Both the position numbers and the translations under genes were made by a program. The notes under the pieces are model-generated. The model worked only from the letters and a program-made list of their open reading frames with translations. It searched no databases and was not told the origin of the DNA. A stretch of 64,000 bases of DNA from Blastocatellia bacterium (GTDB lineage: Bacteria > Acidobacteriota > Blastocatellia > UBA7656): contig CAVXWP010000013.1 in NCBI GenBank assembly GCA_963765495.1, positions 96,001-160,000 of the forward strand. Reading direction: 5' to 3'. Shown here piece by piece: positions 57,284-64,000 of this stretch (the stretch's first letter is position 1; each line of letters opens with the position of its first letter).

Positions 57284-59302
57284 CTAATCGGGCAGGCCGA
57301 TGCGTCGCATCAATTGCGAAAATCTGGGGTCTGAGCGCAAGGGGTCAAATTCCGCAGACGTCTTGGCGATCACGATCTCTGCCGCATGCTCTGTGCAAGC
57401 AATCTCCAACCACTTGAAGGCTTCTTCTTTATCCCCCAGCAAGGTATAAAACCATGCCACTGAGATCGGCGGGCAACGGCCTGTGGCCCCCCGCTTCGTT
57501 AATAATCCGTCAAGCTCTTTTTGATAGATGCCTCTCAGCCCCTTTTCTCTGTATGCCTTTCGATAAGCCGCGACCCGCGCAGCGCTCTCGCCATTGAGCG
57601 CCATCGCCTTGAGGTATTCATCAAGCGATTCTTCCGCGCGGCCCTCTATATGATAAGCGGTTGCAAGAAGCAGGTGCGCATTGGCAAAGCTGGGATCCAT
57701 CTCGACGACTTTCAAGGCTTGTTCAATCGCTTCCGCCTGGCGACCGGCACTCGAAAGAATGAATGCTACATCGGTGTTGATCACCATATTCAACGGGTCA
57801 ATCGCCTGCGCCTGTTTGATGGCTGCAAGAGCTTCATCGTTCCGCCCCATCAACAGCAGATGAAACGCATAAACATGATGCGCCCGCGCCAGTCTCGGAT
57901 TGAGCGCCAGCGCATGCTCAATCTCTTGTTCAGTGCCTGACCAGTTCCAATCCAGTTGATAGGCATTGGCCAGCGCCGTGTGCGCTTCGGCAAGCTGATC
58001 GTCAATTTCGACCGCCCGCAACGCCGCCGCTGTGGCTTTCGGCAAGACGGCTTTGGAATCAAACGGCACGTGCCAGATGCCTTGAATGTAGCTGTCGGCC
58101 AGTCCCGCATAGGCCAGCGCATAATTCGGATCGATGGCAATGGCATGCTCAAAGTAATCGATGCTGCGCAGGATGCCGTCAGAGGTGCGCTTGTTCCAGT
58201 AATAGCGGCCTTTCAGGTAAGCCTGATAAGCCTCGATGTTGCTCGTGTAGCGCTTCGCCGCTTCGGCCTCGCCGCAAAATTTGACGCGCAGCCCGGCAGC
58301 CACGCTACAGGCAATCTCATCTTGAACTGCAAGAATATCCTTGAGGGCGCGGTTGTAACTGTCGCTTGTCCAGATGATGCTGCCATCCCTGGTGTTGACC
58401 AGGCGCACATCGACACACACACTGTCGCCGCTCTGTCGCACGCTGCCTTCAAGAACCGCCGCGACATCAAGCCGATGACCGATTTCTCGCGGATCAATAG
58501 CCTGGCCTTTGAAGGTGAAGACTGAATTGCTCGACACCACCCGCAAGCCGTCGATCTTCGCTAGCTCGGTGATGAAGCTTTCGGTCAGCCCGTCGCTGAA
58601 ATACTCATTCGCCGCGTCGTCCGAAAGATTTTTCAACGGCAACACGGCAATCGATTGAATGGGCAATGCCTCGACTGTGCTGCCGCGCGCTTCAGAAAAG
58701 ATCGAGCGATGGCGCACCGCGGGCCCGCCGAGCAGTGCAGCCACAGCAATGATAAAGACAGCCACCAGCGCCGGGATATTGCGCCGCCACTTCACCCGCG
58801 CCGCGCCTGCTGGTTGTCCCGATGGGCTTGCCGAAACCGATTCTGCGCCTAGCCAATGCGCAGCAGCCGTTGCCTCGCCGTCCGGCAGAATTTCGATAGT
58901 CTCTTCTTCGATGATGACCTTGAAGCCGCGCTCCTTTTCGACTTCGACGAACCGGGCTTCGGGCGCATGCGAAAAGCTCTCTTCTAAAGGCCCGATGTAG
59001 CGATAACCTTTCGCCCATTGTGTTTCGATGAAGCGCGGCGTTTCCACCGTATCACCCATAACCTTGCGAATCGCGCCGACGCATTTGGTCAGGGTGTTTT
59101 CGTAAACCTCTTTGCCGTCCCAGAAGTGGTCGAGCAATTCCTTGCGGCTGACCATGCGGTCGCGGTTCTCAATCAAATGCAGCAAGACCAGGAACGGGCG
59201 ATTGGCAAGATGCACGGCCCGGCCTTCGCGCGCGAGCCGCTTCTTACCCGGATCTAATGCGAATTCGCCTAAGAGATAGGTTTTTCTGACTTGAACTGCC
59301 AT
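57284..59302 (-). CDS. CadC/OmpR-type winged-helix regulator with TM, TolB-like and TPR domains
   Basis: FLVLLHLIENRDRMVSRKEL...PRFIET...GYRY; hydrophobic helix; SIAVLPL.NLS....YFSDGLTE; TPR repeats. Confidence 0.88.
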   Translation of the reverse strand: MAVQVRKTYLLGEFALDPGKKRLAREGRAVHLANRPFLVLLHLIENRDRMVSRKELLDHFWDGKEVYENTLTKCVGAIRKVMGDTVETPRFIETQWAKGYRYIGPLEESFSHAPEARFVEVEKERGFKVIIEEETIEILPDGEATAAAHWLGAESVSASPSGQPAGAARVKWRRNIPALVAVFIIAVAALLGGPAVRHRSIFSEARGSTVEALPIQSIAVLPLKNLSDDAANEYFSDGLTESFITELAKIDGLRVVSSNSVFTFKGQAIDPREIGHRLDVAAVLEGSVRQSGDSVCVDVRLVNTRDGSIIWTSDSYNRALKDILAVQDEIACSVAAGLRVKFCGEAEAAKRYTSNIEAYQAYLKGRYYWNKRTSDGILRSIDYFEHAIAIDPNYALAYAGLADSYIQGIWHVPFDSKAVLPKATAAALRAVEIDDQLAEAHTALANAYQLDWNWSGTEQEIEHALALNPRLARAHHVYAFHLLLMGRNDEALAAIKQAQAIDPLNMVINTDVAFILSSAGRQAEAIEQALKVVEMDPSFANAHLLLATAYHIEGRAEESLDEYLKAMALNGESAARVAAYRKAYREKGLRGIYQKELDGLLTKRGATGRCPPISVAWFYTLLGDKEEAFKWLEIACTEHAAEIVIAKTSAEFDPLRSDPRFSQLMRRIGLPD

Positions 59303-59425
59303 AAACGACCTTCTGAGTTGCTGATGTCAGATTTATTTCACTTTTTTTTCAGGACTCAACCCGGCGCTATCGAGTAGAAATCTGTTTGTAGCCGGATTGA
59401 ATTTGTCGGATGGAGTTTAGCAGCT

Positions 59426-59707
59426 ATGGTTGCAATTATAAAGAGACGCCGGGTTGAGATCGTCGGTTTCGAGCGCGAGCGCATCATTGCTGCCCCGATG
59501 CAGATGCCGTGTCCGGTCTGCTGCTCGCCAAGCGAATTTCTGCCGACGCGCCAGGCGTGCAGCCTCGCGCAAGTCAAGCCGCAAAGCCTTTATCGCTGGC
59601 TCAGGCAAGGCAAAGCCCACGGCGTCAGAACGGCTGGCGGCGGGTATCGCATCTGCCGCAATTCGCTTTTTCACCTGCTCAATCCAGCCTTTTTGTCAAA
59701 GGAGTAA
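59426..59707 (+). CDS. Small excisionase/MerR-like HTH protein with a CPVC...H...C motif
   Basis: QACSLAQVKPQSLYRWLRQGK.H...GGGYRIC; divergent from the regulator, with its stop 4 nt before the next ATG. Confidence 0.7.
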   Translation: MVAIIKRRRVEIVGFERERIIAAPMQMPCPVCCSPSEFLPTRQACSLAQVKPQSLYRWLRQGKAHGVRTAGGGYRICRNSLFHLLNPAFLSKE

Positions 59708-59711
59708 CCTC

Positions 59712-62339
59712 ATGAAGCATTTTGCCTGTCGCACAGTCATCACTCTGTTCCTGATCTTTTCATTTCTGCTGTTTTCTGGCGTACCAAGACGAGGCGCAGA
59801 AAGTTCGACCGCAATCGCTGCCGAGGCAGCAAGAGAGACTCCCCATACCCCTGCCGGAAACCGCACGCCATTCAAAAGACAGCCTTTGCGTTTTGAGGTC
59901 AATCGCGGACAAACCGACGCGCAGGCTCACTTCATCGCCAGAGCCAGTGACAGCACCCTCTTTCTAGCCTCACAGGAGGCCGTGTTGCGTCTGCCCAGAA
60001 TGATGGCAAAGCCTGAGACCAGACACGCGGCTCACAAAAAGGCTTTTGAAGCTATTTCACAACCGGGCGAAAACGCAGTCATTCGCCTGCGTCCCGTTGG
60101 CAGCAATCCAGAGCCACGCATCACAGGCGAAGATAAATTGCCTGGCGTGTCAAACTATTTCATCGGCAACGATCCACGAAAATGGCGAACAAATGTCGAA
60201 GCCTATGCGAAGGTTAAATATGAAAATCTCTATCCGGGCATAGATTTGATCTATTACGGCAACGAAGCCGGAGAGATCGAATATGACTTCAAAGTGTCTG
60301 CGGGGGCCAACCCTGCGTTGATAGCCATGTCGGTTGAAGGAGCGGAAAGGCTCGAAATAGATGAGCAGACGGGCGATTTGATTTTAGAGACAACAGTTGG
60401 CCGTCTTCGACAGCACGCGCCGCTCATCTATCAAGAGGTCAACGGCAAGCGTCAGGAGATCGCCGGACGTTATCGGTTCGTTACAGATGAAAAGGAAGTC
60501 CAAAATCCAAAATCGAATACCCAAAATCCCCTGATCGCTTTTTCGCTTGAAGATTACGATGAGAGCAAGCCGCTTGTGATTGACCCGGTCGTCGTCTATT
60601 CGACTTTGCTGGGCGGTGCGGCGGGCAACTTCGACGCCGCAAGAGACGTGGCGGTTGACTCGCAAGGCAACGCGTACATTACCGGGCGGACGGAATCGAG
60701 CGATTTCCCGACGCGCAATGCGCGGGATGGAGTGCCGCCGCAGAGATTCGCATCCAAGGCGTTCATCGCAAAATTCGCGCCGGATGGAACATTGATTTAC
60801 TCGACGTTTTTAGGCGGCGCGGACGGCAGCAGCGGTGCTGACGCCATCGCCGTAGATGCGACGGGAGCGATCTATGTCGCGGGAACTGCGAACCCTGGCT
60901 TCCCAATCATCAACGCGTTTCAACCGACTGCGGGCAGTTTCTCCGATGCCTTCATCACCAAACTGAATGCTGACGGCACGATGATTATCTATTCGAGCTT
61001 TCTGGGTGGCAATCAGGGTGAAAGCGTAAGAGACCTCAAGCTGGATGCGCAGAATAATATTTACCTTCTTGGCGAAATTTCTGGGCGCGGCGCGGCGAGT
61101 GTGACTTTTCCAACGGTCAATCCGACCCAGGCAAACTATGGCGGCGGCGACAGCGATATGTTTTTATCGGTAGTTTCGGCAACCGGAACGAGCCTGTTGT
61201 TCTCTACTTTTGCTGGCGGCAATGGCGACGAGGAAGCGACTTCGGTTTCGGTTTCATCCGATGGAAAACTGATAGAGATTGTCGGCGCAAGTAATTCGAC
61301 GAACCTGACCACAGGCGGGATTGCTCCGCATGCAACTGACCCAAGCTGTGACACATTAGAGTCAATTTTGGTTGAACTGAAGAGCCTTGGAATAGACGTT
61401 GATATTACCGCTAGGATAGTCGAATTATCATATGTGCTCAACAAAAAGACGACAGAGGTGACCTGCACGGACATAGTAAAAACACTTTTAAAGAACCAAA
61501 ACTCAACAAGTGGGGTGGTTCTCGGCAGTGGACAACCATCTGCCTCTGGTAGCGGTCTGGTAAGCCCATCGTCACAAACCGTACAGGCAACGGGCGGAGG
61601 ATTCGATGTCGGCATTGCAACTTTCGATCAAAATTATGTCTTTACCCCGAAGGTTAGTTTTGGCGGCAGCCGTAACGAATTTGTTTCATGTGGTGTGAGA
61701 GACCAGCGCGGCGCAATCTATATCACTGGGGATACCAACTCGACCGACTTGCCAACTGTCAATCCGACGCAAGCCACACGCGGTGGCGTAAACGAAAACG
61801 GGTTTGTCGTCGTCTTTGCTCCAGACACCTATGACGTGTTGTTTGCAACCTATCTCGGCGGCGACGGATTTACCCTCCCGCAAAGCATCGACGTTGACCC
61901 GCAAGGAAACATCTTTGTCGCCGGCGTCGTCACCATCGGAACAACGTTCCCGTCAACGCCGGGCGCGTTTCAACGCGAACGCAAAGGCCGCAACGACGCG
62001 TTCCTGGTCAAATATTCGCCCGTCGACATCCCCATCGGGCCGGACTTTTCGCTCTCCTTCAGCCCCTCGACCATCACCACTTCATACGGCAAAACCAAAG
62101 TCACAGCCGACATCAATCGCACCGGCGGATTCACGGGAAACGTCACGATTACGCCAGCAACCGACTGGCCCGAAGGCATAGTTCTAAAAGGCGGTTCAGC
62201 TTCAACGACCGGGGGCCGGGTCACTTTCAAATTGAAGGTGAAAGCCAAGGCCGCGCCCGGTTCGCATTTGCTGACCTTCAAAGCCAGGGACAATTCGGGA
62301 AGAGAAAGAATCGCGACACTCAATTTGATTTTGCAATAG
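59712..62339 (+). CDS. Secreted SBBP-repeat (beta-propeller) surface protein
   Basis: Signal peptide; FEVNRGQ, NYFIGND, YPGIDL, IDPVVVYSTLLGG and repeated 'AVD..GN.YITG.T.S.DFPT'; AAGGAG RBS before ATG 59712. Confidence 0.85.
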   Translation: MKHFACRTVITLFLIFSFLLFSGVPRRGAESSTAIAAEAARETPHTPAGNRTPFKRQPLRFEVNRGQTDAQAHFIARASDSTLFLASQEAVLRLPRMMAKPETRHAAHKKAFEAISQPGENAVIRLRPVGSNPEPRITGEDKLPGVSNYFIGNDPRKWRTNVEAYAKVKYENLYPGIDLIYYGNEAGEIEYDFKVSAGANPALIAMSVEGAERLEIDEQTGDLILETTVGRLRQHAPLIYQEVNGKRQEIAGRYRFVTDEKEVQNPKSNTQNPLIAFSLEDYDESKPLVIDPVVVYSTLLGGAAGNFDAARDVAVDSQGNAYITGRTESSDFPTRNARDGVPPQRFASKAFIAKFAPDGTLIYSTFLGGADGSSGADAIAVDATGAIYVAGTANPGFPIINAFQPTAGSFSDAFITKLNADGTMIIYSSFLGGNQGESVRDLKLDAQNNIYLLGEISGRGAASVTFPTVNPTQANYGGGDSDMFLSVVSATGTSLLFSTFAGGNGDEEATSVSVSSDGKLIEIVGASNSTNLTTGGIAPHATDPSCDTLESILVELKSLGIDVDITARIVELSYVLNKKTTEVTCTDIVKTLLKNQNSTSGVVLGSGQPSASGSGLVSPSSQTVQATGGGFDVGIATFDQNYVFTPKVSFGGSRNEFVSCGVRDQRGAIYITGDTNSTDLPTVNPTQATRGGVNENGFVVVFAPDTYDVLFATYLGGDGFTLPQSIDVDPQGNIFVAGVVTIGTTFPSTPGAFQRERKGRNDAFLVKYSPVDIPIGPDFSLSFSPSTITTSYGKTKVTADINRTGGFTGNVTITPATDWPEGIVLKGGSASTTGGRVTFKLKVKAKAAPGSHLLTFKARDNSGRERIATLNLILQ

Positions 62340-62553
62340 TTTGCAGGGCCGCAAGGCGTAGTTCTAAAGCGTTCTTTGATGGCCGTTTGCGGCCCCGCTG
62401 AACGTGAGCGTTAAACGCACAGGAAGTCGGTCTGTGAAAATAGACGACACTGATAGCCATCACTCGGAAGTGAATTTGCCTTTGCCAGTCTCTCGGTTAC
62501 AATCAACCCGCCGTGCTATTGGAGGATTGCTGGTTTACAGGAAGCGATCTGAG

Positions 62554-62880
62554 TGGAGTTGACCCGGTTTAGTGGACAGGAGAACATTTTCCAGAAAGGA
62601 GTCCACGATGCCAAGAACACACAAACCTTACTCACAGGAATTTCGTCAATCAATGGTCGAACTCGTCCGCGCTGGTCGTTCTCCTAACCAACTCGCTAGG
62701 GAGTTTGAGCCTTCTGCTCAGGTCATCCGTAATTGGGTCAAACAGGCCGACCTCGATCAGGGTCTGAGTGATGATGGGCTGACCACTTCCGATCGCGATG
62801 AACTCCAGAGATTGCGCCGCGAGAATCGTCGCCTTAAAGAAGAACGTGAAATCCTAAAAAAAGCCGCTGCCTTCTTTGCT
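62554..62880 (+). pseudogene. IS3-family left end and orfA (ATG 62608), truncated; orfB absent
   Basis: TG...GTGGACA left IR; YSQEFR...IRNWV...LRRENRRLKEEREILKKAAAFFA; A7G slippery site. Confidence 0.85.
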
Positions 62881-63935
62881 CCCTCCTCCAAACCTCACTC
62901 CCGCAACTGCCCAGATTCGCTCTGCCATATGATAGAAATCCATTATCCTTGTTGCACCTTAGAAGATCATTTCCACCGTCTGGTCTATCCATTCTGCTCC
63001 ATCTCCTATGACGACTATCCTATCTGTTTGCCTCACTCCCACTCTTATCATCAAGCCCCAAAGCCTCCGCCGAAACTCCTCGACCTTGCCTCTGACCTCG
63101 CATACCTGCTTTTGCAACAATTCCCATCTCCGTTTGCTGATCTCGACTCGGTCACCCAACTCATAGATTATTCCAACTTTAACTTCCGAACTTCCACCTC
63201 CTCGCATTGGAGCCATGAGGCCATCCATCTCTACAATCCAGACTCGACTTTGCGCTTGCTCTGCTTTTACCCCAACCAATTCGACCATTCCTTTCTGCTG
63301 TGCCAGATGGGTTGATTCTTCTTCAATCAGGTCGGCCTCCTCTCCTACTGCTTCTGCCACAGTTTCGACTTGTCGGCTTGAGAGCTTCACATTACCTATC
63401 TCTTGCAAGACAAGTGTTGCTGTTGAGAAAGATAGATGTGCACTCAACAAGGATAAGGCTCGCTCAAGGCCAGCCGATATTTCTCTCTTGCTTTGTCCCA
63501 ACTCCTCATCGAAAGGGCAACGACTGGCCCCACACTCTCGACAGTAGTAATAAGGTCTTGAGAAAGTAATCTCGCCGACAAGAGTGCGAACACGACGTTG
63601 AGCCAATCGCTGGAAGGAGAGTCGCCCAACTTCACACTGGCAATCAAATGAAGCAGGGACGGCACAGGGATCAGGCTGATGGATAGAGCGTTGAAGGCCG
63701 ATGAGAGCGACTTTACGCCCCAATTGTTGAGCAGTTTTTTCCAAGACAGAAACCTTGCCCGCTTCTAGGGGATTGAGTTTTTGGAATTGCTCAAGCTGTT
63801 GGCTCCACTGGGTGACAGCTTCTATAATCTCATCAACTAAGGTCATAGTGGGATAGGAATCCTTTCTTTTGGATATTGTATTTGTGGAATCTATCCCCTT
63901 TGACCTCTTTCTTACAACTTTGACTTCGTACACCC
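62871..63935 (-). pseudogene. ISKra4-family transposase remnant with an internal stop and 3' truncation
   Basis: TLVGEI...RPYYYC..C...PFDEELG, VEMDG, EVKVG and GDGAEWI; in-frame TAA at 62959, then IMDFYH continues. Start ATG 63846; putative GGGTG end at 63935. Confidence 0.8.
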
Positions 63936-64000
63936 GGCAAGCGACGTGCAGTTGAAGCAGCAGCGAGAGGTAGTGTAAAATCAGCATCTGTCACAAATCT

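Larger units (their letters stand above)
56532..64000. mobile_element. Probable genomic island (left part) integrated at the tRNA
   Basis: Truncated tRNA, AT-rich flank with the direct repeat TGCCACA-N4-TGCCACA (about 56647-56664), accessory genes and IS remnants. No integrase within the window. Confidence 0.55.

Noticed and set aside
59454-59711. N-terminal extension of the SBBP ORF
   Set aside because: It overlaps the small HTH gene; the RBS and signal peptide support ATG 59712.
62361-62374. GTTC direct repeat as a LexA box
   Set aside because: Spacing is N6 rather than the N7 expected for GTTC-type boxes, and no SOS gene follows.
62572-63315. 247-aa ORF as a full transposase
   Set aside because: Only the part up to 62880 is IS3 orfA; the rest is read-through into the antisense strand of the ISKra4 remnant.

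Overview
Moderately GC-rich bacterial chromosomal window, most consistent with Acidobacteriota (Blastocatellia-like). That assignment is inferred from gene content and style, not from a search. Positions 1-56.4 kb are mostly core genes: an OGG2-type glycosylase, feoAB with two Fur-like boxes, tilS-hpt-ftsH, dtd, nadK, a rhomboid protease, an ABC exporter, queF, nth, pepP, aroB, gdhA, an acyl-CoA dehydrogenase, a P-type ATPase and a fused spermidine synthase. This part also holds two tandem Cys-rich OmpA-type paralogs and one intact ISAs1 element with 19-bp IRs and a 10-bp TSD. After a tRNA(CAT) 5' half at 56488 the window becomes accessory: a wHTH-TolB-TPR regulator, a small Cys-HTH protein, an SBBP-repeat protein and fused IS3/ISKra4 remnants. 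The strongest novelty candidates are: (1) a gene pair encoding a beta-propeller/Y_Y_Y transmembrane sensor that ends in a STAND-like NTPase instead of a His kinase, followed by a homologous NTPase fused to a Ser/Thr kinase; (2) an HPRT that has lost its catalytic motifs but sits in tilS-hpt-ftsH; (3) about a dozen 7-9-mer tandem-repeat elements, mostly forming hairpins, one of them inside tilS; (4) a roughly 90-nt sRNA candidate with its own promoter and terminator; (5) a tRNA 5'-half att junction.
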